A DNA stretch of 64,000 nucleotides from Candidatus Heimdallarchaeota archaeon (GTDB lineage: Archaea > Asgardarchaeota > Heimdallarchaeia > JABLTI01). A program made the position numbers and the translations under genes. Positions 38,119 to 48,054 of the stretch are shown piece by piece. The notes under the pieces were generated by a model that was not told the origin of the DNA, made no database searches, and saw only the letters and a program-made list of their open reading frames with translations. The number at the start of each line of letters is the position of its first letter. The first letter of the stretch is position 1. The stretch covers positions 288,001-352,000 of the forward strand of contig JABCTZ010000046.1 in NCBI GenBank assembly GCA_018238155.1. Direction: 5' to 3'.

Positions 38119-39246
38119 TCAACCATGTCTAGTAATTCTTGGAAATAATCCTTTAAATTTCAGATAATCATAACTCCAAAGAATAAATATTGAATTGTTC
38201 GGAGTATTGTGATTTAAAATAACAGGTATCGCACATTCAGCAAAACCCAATTTCAGAATTTGCGATCCACCTTTATCTGTATGTTCACTTTGAACAGCTG
38301 GATCATAATAATCATCTTTTAAAATTAAATCATATATTTTTTCCGAATCAGTTATTGTTATATTATCCTCTAAAATCTGAAGTACTTCAATTCTATATTC
38401 GACATTTGGCTTTCTTTTTAACAGCTCTCTCATATATTTGTCTATATGTCTACGTGCTTTATTCGTTGCGATGCACAAAACAATAACTACTAAATATTTT
38501 CTTTGAAAAAAACCCTTGTTCTTTTCTATTACTTTTATTGATTTGGCAATTTTTCCTTTGAATCTTCTTTTTTTCTTGTCAATAAAACTTTTGCCACTTG
38601 CAGTGAAATCATCAAGTAAAAACAGCACTTCAAATCTATTACGTTTTTTTTCCCTTTTAAGCTTCAAATCATTTTCCTCCACAGGAATCTCTAGTAAACC
38701 TTTTTTCAATTCCTTTTGTAAATCTAGACGTTTATCTCTATTGATATAATATATTGAACAAATTTGCTCGTGACTTATTGAATTTTTCTTATTCTCTCTC
38801 CTAAAATCACCCATCATTGATCCATCACTTAGACCCATGAATAAACATTTTCTAAGGAGAATTTTAAAGTAGGGATCACTAATGTGCTGATTAATTAGAT
38901 ACTTGGGTTTTTTATTTCTATCAGCAACAATATCAATTAGTACTGGTAAAATTGACTTGTAGTAAATTAGCGAAACAAGGTGCAATATTTCTTGACGAGA
39001 TATATAGATTAGTTTACTAGTAATGAAGTCATATGAAATCTTCTTATCATTATCATTATTGAACTGATCCAACCAAATTACAAAACTTTCTAAAAATCGC
39101 ATTCCAATTGAGAAGTTTTGATAATTATCATATTTATATTGTGCAATAGCTCTTAATTCTTTAAGCTCATTTGCTATAGAGCTTTCATTCATCCATAAGA
39201 GAGTTTGCTTTAATATTGCTTCTGCGATTTCTTCGTTTATGTTCAA
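38119..39246 (-). CDS. Phosphoribosyltransferase-like protein (conflict-system PRTase type)
   Basis: PRPP-binding loop FLLDDFTASGKS; GF...HNTPNNS...LW...LFPR C-terminal motifs. Confidence 0.75.
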   Translation of the reverse strand: MNINEEIAEAILKQTLLWMNESSIANELKELRAIAQYKYDNYQNFSIGMRFLESFVIWLDQFNNDNDKKISYDFITSKLIYISRQEILHLVSLIYYKSILPVLIDIVADRNKKPKYLINQHISDPYFKILLRKCLFMGLSDGSMMGDFRRENKKNSISHEQICSIYYINRDKRLDLQKELKKGLLEIPVEENDLKLKREKKRNRFEVLFLLDDFTASGKSFIDKKKRRFKGKIAKSIKVIEKNKGFFQRKYLVVIVLCIATNKARRHIDKYMRELLKRKPNVEYRIEVLQILEDNITITDSEKIYDLILKDDYYDPAVQSEHTDKGGSQILKLGFAECAIPVILNHNTPNNSIFILWSYDYLKFKGLFPRITRHG

Positions 39247-39250
39247 TCCC

Positions 39251-41212
39251 TCACTCCATTTTCAAGTTTAAATGAAATGTATTTTCACCGAATATTATTC
39301 TATTTAAGTAAAATAAAGTTATCGGAACTCCTCTATAACCCATTGGTCCCAAATTCCAACAATTGAAAGGGTTTGAAGAAACCTCATCTACACTTAATGA
39401 TAAGTTTCGATTTAATAAATCAAAATCGTTACCATCTATTGAACCTTTATCACCTATGGTCAAAACAGAATGATTTTTAGCCAATGAATTTTGTATTAAA
39501 TCTATAACCACTGTTTTTGTTACAGTTTTTGGTATTATATCTATAGAATGATCTGAAAGTACCATTTTCACTTCTTTATTTTGTCCAAGTTTTGTATTTA
39601 AGTATGAAAATATCGATAACAAATCACTATTTGGAGCTATTATTGTGAGTTGAGTAGGTTTATGTCTTATATCTTTTTCAAATAGACTAAGATATTTATC
39701 ATCACAAAGTAGTTCATTAATTTCATTAACATATGCATTTATTGAAATGTTATCGAAATCAATCTTTTCTGAAAGAAAACCACAAATACTCCCATTATGA
39801 TAACCAACAAAAATTTTCTCATGATATTCCTTTGGAATTTTCTCTATCAAGTCGCGGTTTAGAGAACCTCCTCTACCTGAAGCAATTCCTATCTTGATAT
39901 TATGATCTATTAAATGTAGAAGATTGCTAACAACATCATCAGCGATACCAATTTTTCTTCTTTCAGAGGGACATAATGTGCCATCAAAATCAAAAACTAT
40001 TCCACCGAATTTTTCTTCTGTAAAACTGGCTTGGTAATCATCGAATGATTTTTTCCAAAAATTTCGAACTTGTTTAGTTGAAAAATCAAAATTTGGGAAT
40101 TTTCTTAAAATATATGCTCTATTTGGTTCTTTTCTCCATAATTGATATTTGCTCAATTCTGAAGTTGTTACTGACATTCGATATAGTTTCCTACCAAATT
40201 CAGGAATACCTTGACTTGAAGGGTCAATATTTCTATAAACACCTGCAAGATTTACTAAAAAATATGTTTTTATAAGTAAATCAATAGCTGATAATGGACC
40301 TTCAGAATATTTGGACTTAAAAATGTATTTTGGAATTTTCTCAGGAATTAATGAGAAAGTTCGTTTGAGATTTTTTTCCGATTTTCTATCAGCAAATGCT
40401 AACAAAGAAGATATTTGCCATTTTTTATCAATCCAATTATGTCTTCCATGTCCAAAATTACGATAATCGCTCAGACTAACATTTCCTAATGCTGATTCAC
40501 TATATTTTGATTCCAAATCAATTGCAGCAAATCTACCCCAATTCCCAAATAATACAATAATTGTATCTTTACAAATAATATGCTTCAAATTATTTCTTAG
40601 TGTGTTTTCAAATTCATCAAAATCTTTTGAATCCAAAGCAAACTCATCAAATTCCTTTGGTAGGAAAAGTATTTTCTTATTTGATTTGTAATAAGCTCGT
40701 AGAAATAAAATACTAAATATTAATATAGAATTAACAGCTAGAAAACCATCTTTTTTTGTAGGTAATTTGAAATTAAAATAAGAAATAATTGTGTAATTAG
40801 AGAATTTGGTTATAATAGGTGCATTTGGATTTGCACACACTACAATAATGTGTTTATGCTCTCTTGCTACTGCTTCATTCAAAACGTTAATTATATCAGT
40901 ATTTTTACCAGAAGTTGTAATTAAGATAACAGCTGAATTTGAGGAAGTATTGGTACTAATATAATCCAAAGGTGTCATTGCTTTGGCAATTTGACTTGTA
41001 AATTCACTATGTAATGAAGAAATATAGCTGGCAACTGAATAAGAACCACCAGAACCAATAACAATTAAAGATTCCTCTTTAATCTTCTTAAGATACTTTA
41101 TCAAATTATCAATAGGGTATTTTGTTGCCCAATTATATGCTTTATCCATTTCCTGTAATCTCGTTCTATATTTAGACATTATTAGCACCAAATTTTTTCT
41201 CTCTTCTAGCAC
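39251..41212 (-). CDS. SIS (sugar isomerase) + HAD-IIB phosphatase fusion
   Basis: IGSGGSY and TTSGKNTD (SIS); DYRNFGHGRH; DFDGTL, ASGRG, IGDKG...GNDF (HAD). Start may be ATG 41179. Confidence 0.85.
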   Translation of the reverse strand: MLEERKNLVLIMSKYRTRLQEMDKAYNWATKYPIDNLIKYLKKIKEESLIVIGSGGSYSVASYISSLHSEFTSQIAKAMTPLDYISTNTSSNSAVILITTSGKNTDIINVLNEAVAREHKHIIVVCANPNAPIITKFSNYTIISYFNFKLPTKKDGFLAVNSILIFSILFLRAYYKSNKKILFLPKEFDEFALDSKDFDEFENTLRNNLKHIICKDTIIVLFGNWGRFAAIDLESKYSESALGNVSLSDYRNFGHGRHNWIDKKWQISSLLAFADRKSEKNLKRTFSLIPEKIPKYIFKSKYSEGPLSAIDLLIKTYFLVNLAGVYRNIDPSSQGIPEFGRKLYRMSVTTSELSKYQLWRKEPNRAYILRKFPNFDFSTKQVRNFWKKSFDDYQASFTEEKFGGIVFDFDGTLCPSERRKIGIADDVVSNLLHLIDHNIKIGIASGRGGSLNRDLIEKIPKEYHEKIFVGYHNGSICGFLSEKIDFDNISINAYVNEINELLCDDKYLSLFEKDIRHKPTQLTIIAPNSDLLSIFSYLNTKLGQNKEVKMVLSDHSIDIIPKTVTKTVVIDLIQNSLAKNHSVLTIGDKGSIDGNDFDLLNRNLSLSVDEVSSNPFNCWNLGPMGYRGVPITLFYLNRIIFGENTFHLNLKME

Positions 41213-41299
41213 ATATATTTGATTGTTATTATTAAAACCAATCGAATGTATCCTTGTTTATTTTACTTAAATAGAGCTAATAAAAAATAAAATTAGTGA

Positions 41300-41626
41300 T
41301 TATTTGAAACATCTTTTGAGCTCATTTTCAAATTCACTTGATGATGAAATAATATGAAACATCTCTAATATCCAAGCAATTTCATTTAAATCTTCAAAAG
41401 TGATTTTTTGAGATATCTTAGATAATTCTTCAGAATATTTTGTGAAATTGTTTACTCTAGTTGTTTGTATAGAGTCATAAATAGTTTCTATTAGTTTTAT
41501 CAGACAATCAAAATCTACGTTAGTTTTATTTCGCTGTTTACCGATTATTGATCCTACTGTTTGCCAAATTTCATTGTCTTCAAAAACAGGTTTCTTGTTT
41601 TTGGTTTTGCTGCACCTCTTTCCTTC
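41300..41626 (-). pseudogene. Start-less open frame, probable gene remnant at island junction
   Basis: 108 sense codons (KKPVFEDNEIWQTVGSII...ELKRCFK*) preceded by an in-frame TGA, with no plausible start near the 5' end. Confidence 0.4.
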
Positions 41627-41665
41627 TCAATTGAAGATGTAGAGCAAAAACCAGTTTCTGGTTCA

Positions 41666-43030
41666 TTAGAATAAACAATTATGAATAGCTTTCACTGTTT
41701 CTTTAACATCTTTTCTTCTAACAATAAAATAGTAAGCGATTTCAGATGCTCCTGCGGAAATCATTTCGATATTAATCCCTTTTTGTGCAACTGCTGTAAA
41801 CACATTGGCAGCCATTCCTGAAGTTTTCATTAAGCCCTCTCCAACAATACCAATTAAGCTAATATCCTCCTCCAAAGTGATATTTTGAATAGTATCACCA
41901 ATTAAATCAGTAATAACCTTGTAGCTCTTCTGTGAATCATTTGGATTGATGAGCAAATTAATGCATGTTTGTGAAGTAATAATTGAATAAATATTAACAT
42001 CAATTTTTGCTAATAGATTACCAATATCACCTATGATACCGGGTTTGAATCCAACACCTGGACCTTGAATTCGCAAAACGGCTATATTGTTATTATATGT
42101 TACACTTTTGATAGAAGGTTTGCTCTTTTCAAATTTTGATAATATTATTGTTCCTTCGTTTTGTGGTTGAGAGAAATTACGAATAGTAACATTTATCTTT
42201 GAGTCTATTAAAGGCTCTAAAGCTCTTGGGTGAAGTATTTTCGCTCCAAAATATGCAAGTTCAGCTGCTTCATAATATGATAATTGATTGATTTTCTTTG
42301 CTGTTTTTACTATCGTAGGATCAGCACTCATAAATCCATCAACATTTTTCCAAAGAATGATTGTTTCAGCCTCTAATCCACATGCTACTACTGTGGCACT
42401 ATAATCTGAACCATTTCTACCGAAAGTGGTAATTTTATTATTTTCAGAACAACCAAAATATCCTGTTATAATCGGTGTAATTCCTTTTTGGATTTTAGGT
42501 AGAAGCTTTTGCTTCAAATTCTTCTTTACAACTGAAATATTAGCTGTTGCATTTTCAAAACAGGAATCTGTTATTATTCCTATTGTATCTGCTTCAAAAG
42601 CAAGAGCAACATGATTTTTATCATTTAAAACCCCTGCTAAAAGTATAGCTGCAAGTCTTTCACCAAAACTCAAAATATGCATTTTAACTGAATCTGTCAC
42701 TTCTTCTGTAAATGCTATTCCATAAAGTAATCGCTCTAATTTTACTATTTTGATATCTAAAGTATCAATTACTTCTTGTCTTATGATATCATTAGTGATT
42801 ATTTCATCAGCAAACTCCCTATGCTTTTTTCGGATGTTTTGAATAATTGGTTCAATATTACTTTCAGATTTTTGTGCGAACTCGATACCATTTAGCAATT
42901 CATTTGTAATGCCATTTACTGCAGAGACGACTAACACACAATCATCTTTCTCATTTTTAACTATCTCAACAACTTTCAGGAAATCTGAAACAGAGCATAA
43001 ACACCCACCACCGAATTTCATAACTTTCAA
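41666..43030 (-). CDS. lysC: Aspartate kinase
   Basis: VMKFGG, VVSAVNGITN, SFGERL, TTFGRNGSDYSA, ELAYFGAKILHP, two ACT domains. Confidence 0.96.
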   Translation of the reverse strand: MKVMKFGGGCLCSVSDFLKVVEIVKNEKDDCVLVVSAVNGITNELLNGIEFAQKSESNIEPIIQNIRKKHREFADEIITNDIIRQEVIDTLDIKIVKLERLLYGIAFTEEVTDSVKMHILSFGERLAAILLAGVLNDKNHVALAFEADTIGIITDSCFENATANISVVKKNLKQKLLPKIQKGITPIITGYFGCSENNKITTFGRNGSDYSATVVACGLEAETIILWKNVDGFMSADPTIVKTAKKINQLSYYEAAELAYFGAKILHPRALEPLIDSKINVTIRNFSQPQNEGTIILSKFEKSKPSIKSVTYNNNIAVLRIQGPGVGFKPGIIGDIGNLLAKIDVNIYSIITSQTCINLLINPNDSQKSYKVITDLIGDTIQNITLEEDISLIGIVGEGLMKTSGMAANVFTAVAQKGINIEMISAGASEIAYYFIVRRKDVKETVKAIHNCLF

Positions 43031-43068
43031 TCTAAATCCACCTCTGAAAAACTCAACCCTCTTGTAAT

Positions 43069-44118
43069 TTACTTAAGAAACCCCTCTTGTAAAGCATATT
43101 CAGCATTTAGAATAGATGCTCCCGCAGCACCTCTTAGAGTGTTATGTACTAGCAAGAAGAAATTCACACTAGTACCTTTTCTACGAACACGACCAATTGT
43201 AATTGCCATGCCCAAATTTTTCTCTGTAAGTAAATCACGAGTGGGTTGTGGTCGATCATCCTCAAGTGTGAGTATTATTGGATTCATGGGGGCAGTAGGG
43301 AATGTGTTAGTATCTAATCCATTAAATGATTTGAAGGATTGATTAATTTCTTCCAAAGAAACATCTTCATTAAAATTTACTACAATACTCTCGAGATGAC
43401 CTTCTAAGACAGGAACTCTTGCACAACTTGCATTGATATCAAAATCAGCATCTTGTATCTGCTCACCATCAAATGTTCCAAGTATCTTCTTTGTTTCTAA
43501 CTCCATTTTCTCTTCTTCACCAGATATGAATGGTATGACATTACCTAAAATATCCATGGAAGCAACACCTTTTTTCCCTGCTCCTGAAATAGATTGATAG
43601 GTTGTAACATAAACTTCTCTAATGTTAAATTTTTGAAGTGGACGCAAACCGAATACTAAACCAGAAGTAGAGCAATTTGAATTAGTAACAATGAACCCGG
43701 TACCAAATTTTTGCTTGCCTACTAATTGTAAATGATTGGCATTTATTTCAGGTATCAAAATTGGAACATCAATATCCATTCTGTGAGCATTTGTATTGGA
43801 AAAAACTGCTATGCCTTCTTTTGCCAGATCTATTTCTATATCATAAGCTAATTTGCTAGGAAGTGCACTAAAAACAATATCAAGATTCTCTCGAGATATT
43901 TCTTTGTCCGTATTGTTAACGATAATAGTTTCTCTGACATTTTCAGGAATATCATTTCTCATATACCAATCAACAATCTCACTATACTTTCTCCCGGCAG
44001 ATTTCTTGGAAGCAGTTAAACTAACGATTTCAAAGTGAGGGTGTGAACCTAATAAGCTCACAAATCTTTGACCGACTATTCCGGTAGCACCAAGTATTCC
44101 AATACGATATTTCTTCAT
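43069..44118 (-). CDS. asd: Aspartate-semialdehyde dehydrogenase (archaeal/fungal type)
   Basis: GATGIVGQRF, NSNCST, YQSISGAG, RVPVLEGH, HNTLRGAAG. Confidence 0.97.
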   Translation of the reverse strand: MKKYRIGILGATGIVGQRFVSLLGSHPHFEIVSLTASKKSAGRKYSEIVDWYMRNDIPENVRETIIVNNTDKEISRENLDIVFSALPSKLAYDIEIDLAKEGIAVFSNTNAHRMDIDVPILIPEINANHLQLVGKQKFGTGFIVTNSNCSTSGLVFGLRPLQKFNIREVYVTTYQSISGAGKKGVASMDILGNVIPFISGEEEKMELETKKILGTFDGEQIQDADFDINASCARVPVLEGHLESIVVNFNEDVSLEEINQSFKSFNGLDTNTFPTAPMNPIILTLEDDRPQPTRDLLTEKNLGMAITIGRVRRKGTSVNFFLLVHNTLRGAAGASILNAEYALQEGFLK

Positions 44119-44135
44119 TTTGTTTACTTTTCTCC

Positions 44136-44852
44136 TTAATTTTTTGTTATCTTTTCATAGTCCTCTTTAGCCAGAATAATAGGAGGAATGTTTCCCCATG
44201 AACAAAGGATATCATCATAAATGACCATCATGCCATCAATTCCATCGGTCATTTTTTGTTGCATAATTGAGAGAATGACTGTTTGGCTCTTTTCCATTAT
44301 CTCATTTCCTAAAGCAGTAGCCATAGCATCAGCAAGAATAACATCATCACAAACAACTATTGCTGCATCTGCATTTCCCAGACTAATAGAAGGTCCCACT
44401 GTTGCAGAAGAGGTACAGATTCCCATTATCTTTTCACTTGGTTCTATTTTGAATCCAAGATTATTGAATTCGTTATTCAATCCAGAATATATCCCAACTG
44501 TAATTGGTGCATCAATATGACAAGCAATATCTCCCCCATTATCTACTACAATATAATCTGCTCCAGCATCTTTTACTGCTTTCACAGCAAAATACGCAAT
44601 TGCTCCTGCAACACAAGCCATAGGACCAACATCTGCAATCGCACTTGCAGTGAACATTCTATCTATGATTTCTGGCACATTGTTATTTGGTTTATACGAT
44701 AGAAAAGTTGTACCAAATAAAGCATCTCTCAAAATATACTCTTTAAGAACATCCCTTTGGAAAAGGATCTCATCTTTTACTACTTTCAGATACTTGTCTT
44801 CAGCCAGAATAGTAACAATTGTTTCCTCAATTCGTAAATGATGTCTTTTCAA
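44136..44852 (-). CDS. UPF0280/ApbE-like protein (MA1715-type sulfide assimilation factor)
   Basis: VGPMACVAGAIA, VDNGGDI, GICTSSATVGPSISLGNADA, LADAMATALGN. Confidence 0.9.
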   Translation of the reverse strand: MKRHHLRIEETIVTILAEDKYLKVVKDEILFQRDVLKEYILRDALFGTTFLSYKPNNNVPEIIDRMFTASAIADVGPMACVAGAIAYFAVKAVKDAGADYIVVDNGGDIACHIDAPITVGIYSGLNNEFNNLGFKIEPSEKIMGICTSSATVGPSISLGNADAAIVVCDDVILADAMATALGNEIMEKSQTVILSIMQQKMTDGIDGMMVIYDDILCSWGNIPPIILAKEDYEKITKN

Positions 44853-44865
44853 GTTCTCATCTCAT

Positions 44866-46218
44866 TCAATAGTGTAAAATAGCTTGTTGTGGACAAACAG
44901 CATCACATTGATGACAAGCTGTACATTTTGTTGTGTCAGCGCTAATTTTCCAATCAGACATTCGTACAAAAACATTTGATGGGCAATAAGCAATACAAAG
45001 ACCACAATGGATACATCGTTTTTCGTCTCTGAAAACAACTGCATTTTGCACTTGTCGTTTAGGAAAGCTAAACGTTTTCTCTTTCATTTCAAGCTTTTTC
45101 TCTTTCATTGGATTACATCCACCACTAGTTTGCAATGGCTGAACAGCTTGACTAAGAAAGAATTTTCTCTGAGCAATTCTATTCTTCAAAATTGATGCAA
45201 TTTCTTTTGCTTTTACGAGACTTGAAATTGAAGCAGTTTTTACATCCTTACCTGATAGTTCTACAATACCAGATTGTAAGTCAGCATAGCTTGTTGTTTT
45301 CATCGAGGGTCTATCTCGAGACTGTATAGAATAATCAATAATATCAGTCAAAATTTGTTCATTTCTCTTAGCTGTACTTTGAGCAAGTGAAGCATTCAAA
45401 ATTGGTATGGGAACACCTATCCCCACATATAATGAACAACCGTAGCCTTGAATTGAAGCACCACGTATAAATTCTGGAGTCATTTCCTTTAGATTACCTT
45501 GTACCATAAGGGTGCTGAAATGAGCATCAGGACTATGCTGCGTGCCATTTCCAGTAATATGACCGGTTCCTCCACCTAGAAAAATCCGTGTCCCAAGACC
45601 AATTGTTTGTAGAGATGGGTCATTGTTTATTGGAGAAAGTTCACCTGCACCTGAATAGTTAACATTTCCGTGATTCGGTAACAACTGACCCATATAAGTA
45701 AACAAAGTTTTATTTCCAGAATTTGTTGCAGCATTGTATCGTTCATAGCAATTTCTAGGATTGCTCATAACTGCTTGATTGAGGTCTGCAAGGGTTATTT
45801 CTGTCTCTAACCTTTCTCGAGGATAACAGTCAGTTTTAGATCCTGTTGCTTTTAAGTAGATTGTTTTACCTCGAACAAGATCCTCTATTACATGTCCTCC
45901 ACCGTATTTATCACCCAATATTGTTGAAGTTTGTGTTGCACCAATATAAGCATCTACAGCAGCAACGCCTGAATATGCTTCAACATCATTTAACCAAGTT
46001 TGAGTCATTTTTATAGGAGGATCTGCATGACCAAAGTTTAACCAAACTCCAGAAGAACACATTGCCCCAAAAGTTCCGGTAGTAACAACATCAACTTCTT
46101 GGGCTGCTTTTTCTGCTCCGATTTCTGATACAATATCTTTCATTTCTTCAGCAGTAATAACCACTGCATTTCCTTCAGCAATCTTCTGGTTGATTTCAGC
46201 TATTGTTTTATCTGTCAA
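44866..46218 (-). CDS. L-aspartate-semialdehyde sulfurtransferase (MA1821/MJ0100/DUF39 homocysteine synthase) fused to 2x[4Fe-4S] ferredoxin
   Basis: KTIAEINQKI, VDVVTTGTFGAMCSSG, NPRNCY, TIGLGTRIFLGG; C-terminal CIHCGLCIAYCP and CTACHQCDAVCP. Confidence 0.92.
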   Translation of the reverse strand: MTDKTIAEINQKIAEGNAVVITAEEMKDIVSEIGAEKAAQEVDVVTTGTFGAMCSSGVWLNFGHADPPIKMTQTWLNDVEAYSGVAAVDAYIGATQTSTILGDKYGGGHVIEDLVRGKTIYLKATGSKTDCYPRERLETEITLADLNQAVMSNPRNCYERYNAATNSGNKTLFTYMGQLLPNHGNVNYSGAGELSPINNDPSLQTIGLGTRIFLGGGTGHITGNGTQHSPDAHFSTLMVQGNLKEMTPEFIRGASIQGYGCSLYVGIGVPIPILNASLAQSTAKRNEQILTDIIDYSIQSRDRPSMKTTSYADLQSGIVELSGKDVKTASISSLVKAKEIASILKNRIAQRKFFLSQAVQPLQTSGGCNPMKEKKLEMKEKTFSFPKRQVQNAVVFRDEKRCIHCGLCIAYCPSNVFVRMSDWKISADTTKCTACHQCDAVCPQQAILHY

Positions 46219-46224
46219 AAAAAA

Positions 46225-47025
46225 TCACCCTCGCGGAATATTTGAATTCACCATTTGTTCGGAGGGAGTGTTATTCTCATTTTGAATCTGTTTTGCAAAA
46301 TCTACAATTGCCATTTTCAATGGAGAGGTCTCAGGGAGGTCAACTAAGGGTGTCCCTTCTTCATCATAAATCGTTGCTTGGTCATCTTGAGGTAAAGCTA
46401 AGATATTGTTAAAACCTAACGTCCTTGCATTTGTTATTATCTTTTCAGTATTCTCCTTACGAAGTTTGTTTATAACAAGAAGCTGTTTTTTAATGGGAAT
46501 GTTAAGTTCAATAACAAGGGAATGAATCCTTTTTGCAGTCAATAATCCTCGTTTGCTGGGATCTGAAATAATTATCAGCAAGTCAACATCTCGAGTTGTC
46601 ATTCTACTAAGATGTTCCATACCCGCTTCATTATCAATTACAACATACTTGTATTGTTCAGAAAGCACATCTAAATGCCTACGTAAGAGATTGTTCACGA
46701 AGCAATAACAGCGCTTGCCTTCTGGTCTTCCCATTGCAAGGAGGTCAAATGAGTCTGTCTCAATTAGTGTTTGATGAAGCAAGTATTCAATTAGTCTGTC
46801 TTTTGGCATAGAATCGAATTTAGGATTTCTTTTCAGCGCTTCCTCTCGAATATCGGCAATGCTACTTACAACTGAAATACCTAGAACTTCATTCAAATTC
46901 ATACTTGGATCTGCATCTACAGCTAATAATGCTTCTTTCTCATTTATTAAAGAATCAATTAATAAACCCGTAAAGGTCGTTTTACCTGTTCCTCCTTTTC
47001 CTGCGACCGCTATTGTATAAGTCAA
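46225..47025 (-). CDS. cooC: CooC/AcsF nickel-insertion ATPase
   Basis: GKGGTGKTT, DADP, MGRPEGKRCYCFVN, IDNEAGMEHLSR. Confidence 0.93.
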   Translation of the reverse strand: MTYTIAVAGKGGTGKTTFTGLLIDSLINEKEALLAVDADPSMNLNEVLGISVVSSIADIREEALKRNPKFDSMPKDRLIEYLLHQTLIETDSFDLLAMGRPEGKRCYCFVNNLLRRHLDVLSEQYKYVVIDNEAGMEHLSRMTTRDVDLLIIISDPSKRGLLTAKRIHSLVIELNIPIKKQLLVINKLRKENTEKIITNARTLGFNNILALPQDDQATIYDEEGTPLVDLPETSPLKMAIVDFAKQIQNENNTPSEQMVNSNIPRG

Positions 47026-47034
47026 TTTTTCTAA

Positions 47035-48054
47035 TCACCTCAATGAATAATTTTCTCTTATTTTATCGGATAAACCTCTAGTCATTTGGAATACTGCTAA
47101 TGCGGTATCTTCATCTCTAGCTCCTAATCCACAAGCAGGAGTTATCAATGATGATTGAATGATCTTCTCTTGAGAGATATTGATACTATTTTCAAGTGTA
47201 GCTAACAGCTCCTCGAATTTTGAGAAAAGAGATTCGACTGTTTCTCTCTCAATTTGATCTTTTGCTGTAGGAACTAATCCCCAAGCGATTACACCATCTC
47301 TTTTGAGGAAATTTGACAATTCTTTTCGATATAAAAGAAAATTATCACTGTATTCGTAAGCATCAAAAGATATGATTTGGATATCGGTTTCTAACAAGAA
47401 AGACCAATCTGTATTTGCACAACAATGAACACCTATTTTGCTTTTTGAACTAGAGAGAAGTTCATTTAATGCGTTCTTTATTTTTTGTTGATCTAGAGAA
47501 ACAATTGTTGTGCCCATCAAAGACATATAAGGTTCATCAATAAGGATCAACGTTTCTTTTCCGGCTTGAGAAAGAAATCTCTCTTGCCATCGAATAATAC
47601 TCGAGAGAGTTTTTACGGTAACATCCATTAATAATTCATTATAGATTATTGGTTTGCCATTTTCATCATTAAGATGCAAACCAAAACTTACTGGTCCTGT
47701 TACATGCCCTTTAATTGCTAAACAGTCTTGAAGATCTAATTCGAGAAAATCATAGATTGATGCAGAATATTCTTTACTTATAGCAAGTTCCCTTTCAGAG
47801 TTAAGCACATATTCAGAGTAAAAAGATTCTATGGATTCAATTTGTGTAGAATCGATATTTACACTTCCATTATTATCTACAAAACCAGGGAAGTGTTCAG
47901 TAAACATTGTATACATGTTTTCTTTTGAATTTCTATTTGGCAGCTGTGGCCAGAAAGGTAATTCTTTACAGTAATTCTTCACAAATTCACATGCTTTTTT
48001 TGAATCTTTGAATGGTAAACTTCCAATGCCCGTTGGGAGACAGTTAAACTTAAT
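47035..48054 (-). CDS. Core (folate-independent) methionine synthase, MesB-like, corrinoid protein:homocysteine methyltransferase
   Basis: Frame extends upstream of the ORF-track start to give PTGIGSLP; WPQLP, KGHVTGPVS, IDEP, Zn ligands GVHCC and ITPACGLG; about 340 aa, one barrel only; probable ATT start at 48054. Confidence 0.82.
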   Translation of the reverse strand: MKFNCLPTGIGSLPFKDSKKACEFVKNYCKELPFWPQLPNRNSKENMYTMFTEHFPGFVDNNGSVNIDSTQIESIESFYSEYVLNSERELAISKEYSASIYDFLELDLQDCLAIKGHVTGPVSFGLHLNDENGKPIIYNELLMDVTVKTLSSIIRWQERFLSQAGKETLILIDEPYMSLMGTTIVSLDQQKIKNALNELLSSSKSKIGVHCCANTDWSFLLETDIQIISFDAYEYSDNFLLYRKELSNFLKRDGVIAWGLVPTAKDQIERETVESLFSKFEELLATLENSINISQEKIIQSSLITPACGLGARDEDTALAVFQMTRGLSDKIRENYSLR

